From the IMG/VR virus record IMGVR_UViG_3300035698_014118, positions 14,190 through 78,189 of that record: a DNA stretch of 64,000 nt; one strand, written 5' to 3'. Below, in pieces: positions 1 through 10,900 of the stretch; positions within the stretch are counted from its first letter, which is position 1, and each line of letters opens with the position of its first letter. Source of the stretch: a virus. Position numbers and translations under genes: made by a program. The notes beneath the pieces are model-generated. The model made no database searches. It had not been told where the DNA came from and saw nothing but the letters and a program-made list of their open reading frames with translations.

Positions 1-32
1 GAAAAGGATTCGACATAAGCAGTATAGAAGCT

Positions 33-2084
33 TTGATCAAACAAATAGAAGCATCTCAACCACCCTCCGGTGAACTTGATAAAAAGAAAAAAGACCAAGG
101 CGTTGCTTTAAGGGTCAAAGATGTAGTTGGGGTAACTAATGGTAAGTGGCATCTTGCATTTGGTTTCTATAGAAAAGGGACTGATGAGGGAGAGTATCTT
201 AAAGAAATTATCAAATTTTCTTTTCCTATGTATGGAGTAGATAAACAAAGATTTGTTGACAGTGTAGGTGGCGGCAAATTTAAAGAATATCTTGTTAAAG
301 GAACCTATGGAGATTATAGAAGATTACACGATATTTTTACGACATACGGTTTCGATACTTCAGAATTCGACAGACTTGTTAATGGATTTATAGATAACGA
401 TATTGTGCAGATAGATAGAATTGAGGGAGACCTCGATGGATATCAAACAGAATATCGTGACGCAAAAGGAAGAATCAGAAAAAGAAATGATCCTGAAGCA
501 TTCTATAAAACCATTGAAGATACTTATGAAGGTAAAGTAGAAAAAGACGGGAAAATAATTGACTTCAAACTTTATCCTGAACAAAAAGAAGGTGTTGCAT
601 TTTTGTATGGAAGAAAGTCTGCAATTCTTGGAGACGAAACAGGTGTTGGTAAAACAGTACAGATGGTAATAGCTGCCGACATGCGAATGAGACAAGATGG
701 TGGAAGAACTCTTGTAATAACAGTCAATGATATCGTCCAGCGACAATGGATTGCTGAAATCAAGAGATTTACAGAAACCGAAGAAAGTAGTATTTCCACA
801 GACCCTACTCATGGTAAGACATGGACAGTAATGACATATTCTGCTTTTAGCTCTAAAGCATCTAGAGAATACAATGTTTCTACTTTACAAGCACAAATCA
901 AAAGTGGAGAAATCGTTTGTTGTCTATTAGATGAAATCGATTCTGTAAAAAATACAGGGTCTCAAAGAACAAAAAGCGTACAAAGTCTTACTCATTTTGA
1001 GGAAGAAGACCAAACATTTGAAATACCATTTGTGTGGGGCGGAACAGCTACGGTTGTTGCCAATAAACCTGTTGATGTATACAACCAGTTAAAAGCTATT
1101 AATCATCCATTAGGACAAGTAAGCTTTATTACATTCGCAAAAGAATTCGGTGGAATGGTTCAGGGAAAATATGGTTGGGAATCAGGAGAACCAGCAGCAG
1201 AAATAGAAGCAGCCAACAAACTCAAAGAATGGCTGATCAATTATGGAGTCTATATACAAAGAACCAAAAAAGATATACGAGAAGATATGCCAGACCAGAT
1301 TGTTTCAGAAGAAAACGTTCAACTGGATACTTCTCAACTATATACAAAAGCTCAAGCAAGAATGGCTGGATATAAAGACCCCAATCTTCCTATATCTGCC
1401 ATGATAGCAATGAGAGCAGAGCTTGCAGAAGCAAAAGCTCCTTTAAGTGTACAGAAGCTTATTCCACACCTTAAGGGCGGAAAGAAGGTAGCTGTCTTCA
1501 CTATGTTCAAGAATTCCTCATTTGAATTAGTCAGAGGGCTACAGATGGCTCTCGATGCTATCGGTGAAGGCGGTACTGTCGGTGTTATTGCTGGCGGTAT
1601 GCATAAGAAAACAAAAGAAAAAGTTATCACGGACATCAAAAACCCGAATAGTAGTATGAGAGCTATCGTAATTACTATTACTGCTGGTGGAACAGGACTC
1701 GATTTCCCCAACGTAACTTCTATTACAAGAGTCAATGACTTTGATTGGACTCCAAGAAGCGCAGAACAATCAGAAGGACGGTTCTATAGAATCATTACAG
1801 ATCATGATGTTCATACTGTATATACAATTGCAGCGGGAACAGAAGATGAAGATTTTTATAATAGAGTTCAGAATAAAAGAAAACTTGCAAAAATCATTCA
1901 AAGACTTACTCAAAAACAAATGGGTATGATTATGAAGGGTGTTAGACGAGGAAATAAGGATAGGAAAAAAGTTGAAGAAGAACTTGGTAAAGCAATTCTA
2001 GAACAGATTAAATCTGAACAGACAGATAAAGCGTTCATGGCTAAGAAGTCAAGAGAAATAAGAAATAGGATGAGTGGTTCTTAG
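33..2084 (+). CDS. SNF2/SF2-family helicase (5' end probably outside the window)
   Basis: Motifs LYPEQKEG, GDETGVGKT, LLDEID, GGTATV, AGGTGLDF, QSEGRFYR. The frame has no stop back to base 3. Confidence 0.85.
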   Translation: MIKQIEASQPPSGELDKKKKDQGVALRVKDVVGVTNGKWHLAFGFYRKGTDEGEYLKEIIKFSFPMYGVDKQRFVDSVGGGKFKEYLVKGTYGDYRRLHDIFTTYGFDTSEFDRLVNGFIDNDIVQIDRIEGDLDGYQTEYRDAKGRIRKRNDPEAFYKTIEDTYEGKVEKDGKIIDFKLYPEQKEGVAFLYGRKSAILGDETGVGKTVQMVIAADMRMRQDGGRTLVITVNDIVQRQWIAEIKRFTETEESSISTDPTHGKTWTVMTYSAFSSKASREYNVSTLQAQIKSGEIVCCLLDEIDSVKNTGSQRTKSVQSLTHFEEEDQTFEIPFVWGGTATVVANKPVDVYNQLKAINHPLGQVSFITFAKEFGGMVQGKYGWESGEPAAEIEAANKLKEWLINYGVYIQRTKKDIREDMPDQIVSEENVQLDTSQLYTKAQARMAGYKDPNLPISAMIAMRAELAEAKAPLSVQKLIPHLKGGKKVAVFTMFKNSSFELVRGLQMALDAIGEGGTVGVIAGGMHKKTKEKVITDIKNPNSSMRAIVITITAGGTGLDFPNVTSITRVNDFDWTPRSAEQSEGRFYRIITDHDVHTVYTIAAGTEDEDFYNRVQNKRKLAKIIQRLTQKQMGMIMKGVRRGNKDRKKVEEELGKAILEQIKSEQTDKAFMAKKSREIRNRMSGS

Positions 2085-2088
2085 TAGA

Positions 2089-2844
2089 TTATGTAGAACG
2101 CATCATTTCAACTAGTTCTACAGAACGATCTCCAACTTGATTGTACCATTTAGAATCTACCATTTCATCTGCTGCTTGTTGGAAATCATTTCTAGCTAAG
2201 GCTCGTTTGAATTTTCTGAATCCTGCGAATCTATTAGGTCCAAGATTAAACATCATATCTACAATGATATGCTGAACGTTTGAGGGTAGTCTATAAAAGT
2301 TTGGTATTTGTTGTTTGGAATATTTCATAGCTTCTTCTAGGTTAATATGAAAAAGAGTATCTATTTGTTCTGGGGTAAGAACTTGTTTACCGTCTAAAAC
2401 TGCATTATAATTTGCTCCTAAGTCTGTGATGAGTTTTCTTGCATCTGATCTTCTTAGATTAAAGCCTATACCAATTGTAGGGATTTTTTTGGAATCAAAG
2501 TATCTGCGATTTTTATTACCTTCATGTCTTGAGATCATATCACTTAAAGCTTTGTTTTTTTGTTCTTCTGGTGCAAATTTCTTTTTAGTAGGTTCAATTG
2601 GTAATTTTGTTTCAGGTTCAACAACTTTTTCAGAAGGTGCTTGTTCTCTAGTTTCTGTTTGTTGTACTTGCTTTGCTAATTCTTTTTGTGCGGGTACCGG
2701 ATTCCCATTATGTTTGGAAAATAGATTTTGAACATCAAGCTGGGTAAGACCCAACATAAGTATAAGAGAAATGAGAGGAGGAGTTAGAAATGCTTTCCAA
2801 GACCATTCGCCTTGTTTATATTGTTGTGTTCTGTACCAATTCAT
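2089..2844 (-). CDS. GH24/T4-like lysozyme with an N-terminal hydrophobic segment
   Basis: HEGNKNRRYFDSKKIPTIGIGFNL (E-x8-D-x5-T), DMMFNLG, AADEMVDSKWYNQV. Confidence 0.85.
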   Translation of the reverse strand: MNWYRTQQYKQGEWSWKAFLTPPLISLILMLGLTQLDVQNLFSKHNGNPVPAQKELAKQVQQTETREQAPSEKVVEPETKLPIEPTKKKFAPEEQKNKALSDMISRHEGNKNRRYFDSKKIPTIGIGFNLRRSDARKLITDLGANYNAVLDGKQVLTPEQIDTLFHINLEEAMKYSKQQIPNFYRLPSNVQHIIVDMMFNLGPNRFAGFRKFKRALARNDFQQAADEMVDSKWYNQVGDRSVELVEMMRST

Positions 2845-2923
2845 AAAAAGGAATCCTTGTTTTTCCGATACTATTATATAGTATGTTTCATCAAAAATCC
2901 TTTATTAAATATAGGAGAAATTA

Positions 2924-3232
2924 ATGCCACTAGATGATGATTTTAAAAAAATAGCTCTTGAATACGGAGAAAAGGTATACAACGAAATCTACGTTTCTAT
3001 GCAAGACCCTACTCAGAGTATCGAGGGTGAAACCCTAAAGGTCTATAACGAGCTAAGAGATTGGGGTTGGCTAGATGAACATCCTGTAGAAGATCAGAAT
3101 GCTCATATTGTCTACGTCAAGATGATTGCTATGCAAAAGTATAGACATCTTAGATGGGATAAAGCACATCCGCCTAAGAGAAAACTTACTAAATGGGAAA
3201 TAGTTACTGGTCGTCTGGGCGGCAAAAGATAA
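2924..3232 (+). CDS. hypothetical protein
   Basis: ORF with AGGAG RBS. Confidence 0.6.
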   Translation: MPLDDDFKKIALEYGEKVYNEIYVSMQDPTQSIEGETLKVYNELRDWGWLDEHPVEDQNAHIVYVKMIAMQKYRHLRWDKAHPPKRKLTKWEIVTGRLGGKR

Positions 3233-4417
3233 CTATATCTTCAATATCTTTTTGCAAAGCTCTACTTCTTCGACTTTACCTGTATGCTTACCTACTGAAT
3301 CAGAAAGCTTGCAAGTAGAAGTCCAATCCATTCCGAAAGGTTTGGCACCTGTCATCTTGATTACCATGTTAAGCGGCTTGATATCGACATCGTTAGTCAA
3401 CCAAGTTCCGATACCAAATGCTTGACGAATGCTTCCTTGACCACAATTAACAATTTCTTTGATTTTTTCAATGCTGGAAATACCATCGCTATAAATAATG
3501 GTCTTTGTGGTTGGATCAATTCCAAGCTTATTGTAATGACGAATTACCTTAGACGTAAATTCAATGGGATTGCCGCTATCTTGACGAACACCATCGAACA
3601 ACTTTGCGTAGAACGAATTGAAAGAGCGAAGGAATACATCTGTAGTAAATGTATCTGGCAGAACGATACCTAATTCTCCCTGGTAAACATCAGTCCAAGC
3701 CTTCATACTCGTAAGGTTAGCCATCTTGTAACCGAATTTGGCAGCATGGAATTGGATGAATTCGTGGGCTTGAGTTCCTTTAGGAATCATATCATTGAGC
3801 ATTGCAAAATGTACGTTGCTTGTTCCAACGCAACAGTCAGAACCTCTCAAAGCTTCAATGACTGTTTTCTGGACATTGTAAGAATGTCGTCTACGAGTTC
3901 CAAACTCTGACAAAAGAATCTTCATAACTTCGAATTCTTTTCTCTTTTTTTCAGTTCTTTTCTTTGCCAAAGAAACTACTACTTCTTTCGACCTATTATC
4001 AGCATAGTTGAAATATGACTCGCTGATAATAGACATAATAGGAACTTCCCAAAGAACGGTTCGATACCAAGGACCAGTAATACTAAGACATAACTGATTC
4101 TTTGAATTTAGCGATGTAGAGATTTCATTCGGCTGGAATCGATATCCTCGCAAAAAGTCCAAATATGTTGCATTTAGATATGGGCAACATGAGCGAAGGA
4201 AGTCATATCCTTGTTTAGTAAGAGACAAATTAGACATGGCGTAAATCTGTTCGCGAATTTCATTTACGATGTCTGCGGTGAACGTATGAGTACCTCGATT
4301 GATAAAGGTGTATTCCACTTCTGCTTTCGGATACTTTGAAATGATGGCTTGTTGCTGAGTTAGCTTATACAAGTCGGTATCCAAAATACTTGGAATCATG
4401 TTATCTGTCGCGCTCAT
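3233..4417 (-). CDS. pncB: nicotinate phosphoribosyltransferase
   Basis: DTDLYKLT, EFGTRRR, GTSNV, GTQAHE, RQDSGNP, FGIGT, KLSDSVGK. Confidence 0.92.
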   Translation of the reverse strand: MSATDNMIPSILDTDLYKLTQQQAIISKYPKAEVEYTFINRGTHTFTADIVNEIREQIYAMSNLSLTKQGYDFLRSCCPYLNATYLDFLRGYRFQPNEISTSLNSKNQLCLSITGPWYRTVLWEVPIMSIISESYFNYADNRSKEVVVSLAKKRTEKKRKEFEVMKILLSEFGTRRRHSYNVQKTVIEALRGSDCCVGTSNVHFAMLNDMIPKGTQAHEFIQFHAAKFGYKMANLTSMKAWTDVYQGELGIVLPDTFTTDVFLRSFNSFYAKLFDGVRQDSGNPIEFTSKVIRHYNKLGIDPTTKTIIYSDGISSIEKIKEIVNCGQGSIRQAFGIGTWLTNDVDIKPLNMVIKMTGAKPFGMDWTSTCKLSDSVGKHTGKVEEVELCKKILKI

Positions 4418-4545
4418 AGGTTCTCCTTTGTGTCTTTTTAGTATTGTGAAAGTTATTCCTGTAATATAACGGGTGTAATGTTTTCCTTTGTCATGACATT
4501 ATACCTGTTGCGGCGCAGTATGACAATGAAATAGGAGATTTTTTT

Positions 4546-5370
4546 ATGGATGCTTCTGAAGTGAAAAAGATATGGGACACCTTCTTGGTAAAGAAGGATG
4601 AAAAGTCTCGCAAGAAGCTGTTAGAGCATTACTTTACGTATGTTCAAAAGATTGCCACAAACCTATCTAAGAAGTACAACAATAAGGTATCTTCGGAAGA
4701 ATTGGCTTCTCATGGCATTACTGGACTGTATCGAGCTATCAACTATTATGATGAAGATCGTGGAGTCAAATTTGAGACATATGCTTATTCAAGAATCAAG
4801 GGAGCTATGATCGATGGAATCAGAAGTGAAGACTGGGTTCCAAGAAGTGTAAGATTACGTCAAACATCAATAGAAAAAGAAAAACTCAAAAAAGAATATG
4901 AATTAGGACACAGAGTACCAGAAACTGATGTATTAAAGGGGATGGGAATCAAAGAAGCTGAATTCCACAAGAAAAGGAAAAAGTATCGTGCTATTTCCGT
5001 GTCTAGTTTAGAAAATACATTATGTTCTGATATTGATGCAGATGAAAATAAAAAAGACTTTAACAAGTATTTGGCAGATTCAAGCGAAGAAGTTCCGGGT
5101 GGAGGGATGATTAGAAAGGAATTTCTAAAGAAACTTATGAGCAAAGATTTCAATATGATGGAAAGAAAAATGATTTACTTCCATTACTATGAAAATCTTA
5201 CTATGAAAGATATAGCAAACAGATTTGATATATCTGAATCGAGAATGAGCCAAATACACCGATCTGTTTTGAAACGGCTCAAGAATAAGATCAAAAACAA
5301 TCCTGCATATTTCAGTAAAGATGTATTGTCTCTAGTTAGCACCTGTAATAATAAGGATTCTCTCATATAA
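4546..5370 (+). CDS. RNA polymerase sigma factor, FliA/WhiG (sigma28) family
   Basis: RGVKFETYAYSRIKGAMIDGIRSEDWVPRSVR; region 4 YYENLTMKDIA..SESRMSQIH. Confidence 0.9.
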   Translation: MDASEVKKIWDTFLVKKDEKSRKKLLEHYFTYVQKIATNLSKKYNNKVSSEELASHGITGLYRAINYYDEDRGVKFETYAYSRIKGAMIDGIRSEDWVPRSVRLRQTSIEKEKLKKEYELGHRVPETDVLKGMGIKEAEFHKKRKKYRAISVSSLENTLCSDIDADENKKDFNKYLADSSEEVPGGGMIRKEFLKKLMSKDFNMMERKMIYFHYYENLTMKDIANRFDISESRMSQIHRSVLKRLKNKIKNNPAYFSKDVLSLVSTCNNKDSLI

Positions 5371-5371
5371 C

Positions 5372-6346
5372 ATGTTCTCTATACTGAAAAAAGGCGAGAT
5401 AGCTAGTGATGATAAATCGTACCTTTCTTTTCCTGATGTTATAAAAGGTAAGAATAATAAAGAAGCATTTTTGATTTATAGAGATGCCAATAATCATCAT
5501 CCAACTTCTTCTTGTTTAAGATTTTTGAAATCTATTGACTATGGTAGTTCTTGGCTTGAGACTTTTCATATTAATGCATCTTTGATGAAGCAAGGATATG
5601 TATGGAATTGTCCAAGGTTGTCTTACTTACCTGATGGAAAACTATATATAATTTGTGATATAAAAAATCATATTAAAGAGAGTATGGCTTATTTCAAAAT
5701 AGTATTTATAGAAGTTAATTCTGAAGGTAGCGAACATGGAACTGTAGCTTTATCCGGATTAGAGGGTATGGTGCCGGATAAATTCGTATATTTTGGTAAC
5801 AAGATTACTTGTGCCGCACATGAACGAGATAAACATTCTGACGAGTTAATCCAAAGGGTTCACTGGTCTAGAGACTATGGCAAAACATTTGTAGACTCTA
5901 ATTTGCTTGCAAGACAATCTGGCAAAAACTTCTGTGAAGCATCTTTGGTGAATTTTAGAGAACAATATCTGTTAGCGTATTTGAGAGAAAACTCAAAAAA
6001 GAAATCTAACGTATATTTTACTTCTTCTAACAACGTTATGGAATGGGGAAAACCAACTAAAATTCCTATACATGGACACAGAGTCACAGCTTCTTATCAT
6101 CAAGGTGATGAAGTCATTGGGACATTCAGAAATACTAAAGATATGAGTATATCTATCTTTTCACATAATCCATTAGACTCTAGTAAAATAGAGTATCTGA
6201 ATATAGAAGAAGAAAAAGAAGAGAATATCTACAACTTTGGTTATTCTGGTTGCTTCCAAATTAAGTCTGGTGTCTTCTTTGTGACGTATTATCTTAAGCA
6301 AGATAGGGATCAACCCTTCATTGGGTATGCTATTGTGAAAAGGTAA
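5372..6346 (+). CDS. BNR/Asp-box (sialidase-like) beta-propeller protein
   Basis: Asp boxes SIDYGSSW and SRDYGKTF; YLSFPD and FGYSG motifs. Confidence 0.65.
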   Translation: MFSILKKGEIASDDKSYLSFPDVIKGKNNKEAFLIYRDANNHHPTSSCLRFLKSIDYGSSWLETFHINASLMKQGYVWNCPRLSYLPDGKLYIICDIKNHIKESMAYFKIVFIEVNSEGSEHGTVALSGLEGMVPDKFVYFGNKITCAAHERDKHSDELIQRVHWSRDYGKTFVDSNLLARQSGKNFCEASLVNFREQYLLAYLRENSKKKSNVYFTSSNNVMEWGKPTKIPIHGHRVTASYHQGDEVIGTFRNTKDMSISIFSHNPLDSSKIEYLNIEEEKEENIYNFGYSGCFQIKSGVFFVTYYLKQDRDQPFIGYAIVKR

Positions 6347-6420
6347 ATATTTTCATATTTTTGATGATAAGCACCTGTTCATTGGGTATACTAATCAAGA
6401 AGATGCAGAAGGGAGCAATT

Positions 6421-7056
6421 ATGAATTCGTTAAGAAATATAACTTTGGTGCTGAATAAGAGTTGGTTACCAGTCCGTGTAGAAACGGCCAAGATGTCCAT
6501 TAATAGAGCTTTCAACGGTTTTGTTTCAATCGTGGACGAGGAAGACCTACAAGCTTATAGCTGGGAAGATTGGGTTAGCAATTTTAGTCTGCCCAGAGAT
6601 CAGGATTGGCCTTACGATACTCTATATGTTAGTGCTTCGCATATTAATATACGTCTGCCTCGTGTAATTATTTTGATCAACTATAACAAGTTGCCAAAAA
6701 TGAGTATTAGGCTAACTAAAAAGAATCTACTTATCAGAGACAGATACCGATGTCAGTATACGGGTAGGAAGCTCAGAGCGGATGAAGCTACTGTTGACCA
6801 CGTTAAACCAAAAGCGCAAGGTGGAAGACACATATGGCCTAACGTAGTTATCGCTTGCGAAGAGGCTAATTTACGAAAGGCAGATAGAACGCCTGAACAA
6901 GCTGGTATGCCTCTGTTGAAAAAGCCAAAGGCTCCAATCTGGGACCCAGTTTATCCGTCAGTTATGACTGGTGAAGCTCCTGTTTTCTGGAAAAAGTTTA
7001 TTAAGATGAATTATCCAGAAATGAGTGAAGATTCCAATATGTTAAAAGTTGAATGA
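6421..7056 (+). CDS. HNH endonuclease (McrA-like)
   Basis: TLVLNKSWLPV, RDRYRCQYTG, TVDHVKPKAQGG, NLRKADRTPEQAGM. Confidence 0.85.
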   Translation: MNSLRNITLVLNKSWLPVRVETAKMSINRAFNGFVSIVDEEDLQAYSWEDWVSNFSLPRDQDWPYDTLYVSASHINIRLPRVIILINYNKLPKMSIRLTKKNLLIRDRYRCQYTGRKLRADEATVDHVKPKAQGGRHIWPNVVIACEEANLRKADRTPEQAGMPLLKKPKAPIWDPVYPSVMTGEAPVFWKKFIKMNYPEMSEDSNMLKVE

Positions 7057-7796
7057 TCTATAAAAGGTTAAGACATTACGCAGTAACACAACGTACAACC
7101 TTACGATCATGGTCTATGAGAATGAAGGGTCTTCCCTGTTTTTTAATAGGGAATGGCCCTTCATTGTCAGACCAACCTGTAAGGGGAATTGAGCCTTATT
7201 TTTCTATAGGAGTGAATAGGGCATTCAAACTTATAGACCCAACTATCTTGATGTGGCAGGATATAGAATTATGGATCACTGAGAGAAAATTTCTTAATAA
7301 ACTTAAAGCTGTAAAATATTGTAGGGATGTTGCTGATCCAGAAAATATAGCTTATCATTTCAAACTATCTAATGGTGGGTATAAAATCCCGAAAGACCCA
7401 TTACTATTATGTGGTAGGGGAAGTACTGGACCCTTGGCATTTCAATTAGCTTGTCTTCTAGGATGCAGTCCGATTATACTTTTGGGGTATGATTGCAAAT
7501 ATAGAGGAAAGAAAACTGATTTTTGGGGTAAAAACAGATTTCACAAACCACATACGCTGACCAACTGTAGTAGGGGTTTGAAATGGATAAAAGCTACTAG
7601 TGATAACAACAACATAGAAATTATAAATTGTTCTGATAATGATGTATTTGAAAATCGTTGCTCTTTAGATTCAGCCATTTCTCAAGTAAAAGACAAGTAT
7701 TCATATGTTGGAAGGGACATTTTGCTATGTATGTTATTTGGATTGCTATGCGATGCTTCTGATGATCCATCATTAAAACATCGAAAAAAGCCCTAA
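7053..7796 (+). CDS. DUF115/MptE-like (Maf-type) protein
   Basis: CFLIGNGPSL, IGVNR, LGCSPIILLGYD. Confidence 0.65.
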   Translation: MIYKRLRHYAVTQRTTLRSWSMRMKGLPCFLIGNGPSLSDQPVRGIEPYFSIGVNRAFKLIDPTILMWQDIELWITERKFLNKLKAVKYCRDVADPENIAYHFKLSNGGYKIPKDPLLLCGRGSTGPLAFQLACLLGCSPIILLGYDCKYRGKKTDFWGKNRFHKPHTLTNCSRGLKWIKATSDNNNIEIINCSDNDVFENRCSLDSAISQVKDKYSYVGRDILLCMLFGLLCDASDDPSLKHRKKP

Positions 7797-7981
7797 AGTT
7801 AATCAAGTGATTTTTATGTACTTATAATCGTTTTATATTGATTGTAAGTACATTTTTTTGTGCTTGGAAGGCAAGTTCCGACGACGATTTATAACTTTTT
7901 TTGCAGATTCTCGATGAAGATAAAGGAGTGAATTTTGCCGAATTGAATCAAGCCTATAACAACTAGGTACAGGAGAGAATA

Positions 7982-10900
7982 ATGACAGTAAAATTCGGCA
8001 AAAGCAAAACTAGTATCAGTACCATTTCTTATGATGAAGCTTTCAAGGCTTCTTTAGAGTATTTCAAAGGCAACGATCTAGCAGCAAAGGTATTTTTAGA
8101 CAAATATGCTTTAAGAAACAAAGAACAAGAATTACTAGAAGCCACTCCAGCGGACTTGCACAAAAGAATAGCTAAAGAATTAAGTCGAATAGAGAAGAAG
8201 AAGTTTAAAAAACCTCTATCGTTTGATACAATTTATTCGTATTTGGATCATTTCAAAAAGATTATACCTCAAGGTTCTCCTATGTATGGAATAGGAAACA
8301 CGTTTCAGTATGTCACTCTCTCTAATTGTTTTGCTCCAGGAACAAAAATCCTTACTGATATCGGAGTTAAACGTATTGAAAAAGTCAATATTGGGGATAA
8401 AGTTATCACCAAAACTGGAGTGATCCATGCTGTAGAACAAATTCATAATAATGTGGTTAATGACAGACAGCTATATGAAATAAAATGTTACAGAACTCCA
8501 ACTTTACAAGTAACGGGTAATCATGAATTTTGGTCTATTACTAAGGAACAACAAGAATGGGGTGAAGAAGTTCAATGGAATTCTATAGACCAATTACGTA
8601 AGGGCGATTTCATAGCAATTCCATGTAAAAACGAGATAGCCGCCGAGCCAACTATAATTAATGTTCGTAACGAATTTGATCTTTGCGATTTAACAGATAC
8701 CATAGAATACACCTATGCATTATCTGGATGTTATAATCAAGAGAAGATGATAACAACTTCACATTGGATTGGTGGGAATGGTGCCAAGGGTCATAAAGAA
8801 CATAGACCCATTAACGTGAAATGGACGGTAGATAAGGAGTTTTCAAGATTTTTAGGATTATGGTATGGCGACGGGTGTATATTCTGTGAAGGTGGGAGTG
8901 GTCATAATCGAAACAGAATTCGTGGTATTACTTTTACTTTTGGCAGCGACGAAGAAAACTTAATCGAATTTGTTAGTTCATATGGTACAAAACTATTTGG
9001 AATCTTACCTGATATAAACAATAATTCCGGTATAGATGGAACGGTACAAATCGTTTTTCATTCCTTTTTAATTGGCAAAGTATTCGAGCAAATGTTCGGT
9101 CGAGGATGCAGTGGGAAAAAGATGTATACTCCTGCATTTAAGTGGAGTAATTATCTAATCGAATCTCTTCTCGTTGGTATGATCGAGTCTGATGGTACTG
9201 TTACAAAAGAAGGTCAGGTTAGGATCGTACTAAATAATAGAAATCTTATCGAAAGTTGTTACCATCTGGCGCGTTCTATAGGTTTGCCCGTAGGTATAAC
9301 TCATGGGATAGAACCTCACAAATATAGTAGAATTAATTTTCCCCAAAATTCAAGACTACTCAATAATGTGAAAAAAAGTTATAACGATGATAGAATAAAA
9401 AAAGCCATATCTACAAAAGAATCACTTGTTAAGATACTAAAAAAAGATGGTTATCTTTTAGTAAGAATTGATAAGAAGAATAAGATAGAATCTAATCCAA
9501 CTGATGTAGTTTATAATTTAGGTATATCCGGAGAACATTCTTACAATGTCGAGGGATTAATATGCAAAAACTGCTATGTTATTGCTTCTCCTGCTGATGC
9601 TTATTCTGGAATATGTCATGCAGATCAAGAGCTTGTTCAAATTAGTAAAAGACGTGGTGGGGTTGGTCTTGACATCTCAAATCTTCGTCCTGTTGGAACA
9701 GCTACGTCGAATGCAGCAAAAAGTAGTACTGGCATTCTATCTTTCATGCAAAGATATTCCAATTCTATTCGTGAAGTTGGACAGCATGGAAGAAGAGGAG
9801 CTTTGCTTATATCGATGAGCGTTCATCATCCTGAAATTCTTAGATTTGCCAAGTCTAAAAGAGATTTGCAGAAAATTACAGGTGCTAACATCTCTATTAA
9901 ACTTACTGATGAGTTCCTGGAGGCTGTTAAGAAGAATAAGAAATACGAAGTACGTTGGCCTGTTGATTCTAAGAATCCTACGATTAAACAAGAAATAGAT
10001 GCAAAAGAAGTATGGATGACTATTATAGAGAATGCCCATGCGACCGGCGAACCTGGACTTTTGTTTTGGGATAAAATCATTTCTGAAAGTCCTGCTGATT
10101 GTTACGCCGAATTCGGATATGCAACAATCAGTACAAATCCGTGTAGTGAATTACCGCTAAGTGCCTATGATTCATGTAGACTTCTAGTATTGAATACATT
10201 AACTTATGTGAAAAATCCGTTTACTAAAGAAGCGGTTTTTGACTACGAAGAATTCTATAAAGATGCACAAATTGCTCAAAGATTAATGGATGATATTTGT
10301 GATCTTGAAATAGAAAGTGTCATGCGAATTCTTGAAAAGATCAGGAATGATCCTGAGTCAGACGAACTAAAGAATGTTGAACTTAAATTATGGAAGAAAA
10401 TCAAAAAGAGATGTTCCCATGGCAGAAGAACCGGTACAGGCGTAACTGCTGTAGGCGATACGCTTGCTGCTTTGGGTATCAAGTATGGTTCTAGTGACAG
10501 CATTAAAACAGTTGGTGATATATATAAAACTTTGAAACTTGGATGTTATCGAAGTTCTGTAGATATGGCTAAAGAACTTGGCCCATTTAAAGTATGGAAT
10601 CATAAGCTAGAAAAACAAAATCCATACTTGCTTCGCATAAAAGAAGAAGATAAGGTGCTGTGGCAAGACATGAAAAAATTTGGCAGAAGAAATATAGCAT
10701 GTCTAACCACAGCACCTGCTGGTAGTGTCAGTATCTTAACAGAAACTACATCAGGTATCGAGCCTCTTTTCCAGATGCAATATAAACGTCGTAAAAAAGT
10801 CAATCCTAACGATAGTGATATTAGAATAGATTTCGTGGACAAGACTGGCGATACATGGCAAGAATTTATTGTGTATCATCCTCAAGTTACAACTTGGACT

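Noticed and set aside
1-32. AAGG-type promoter before the helicase
   Set aside because: The helicase frame is open to the window edge, so this is probably coding sequence.
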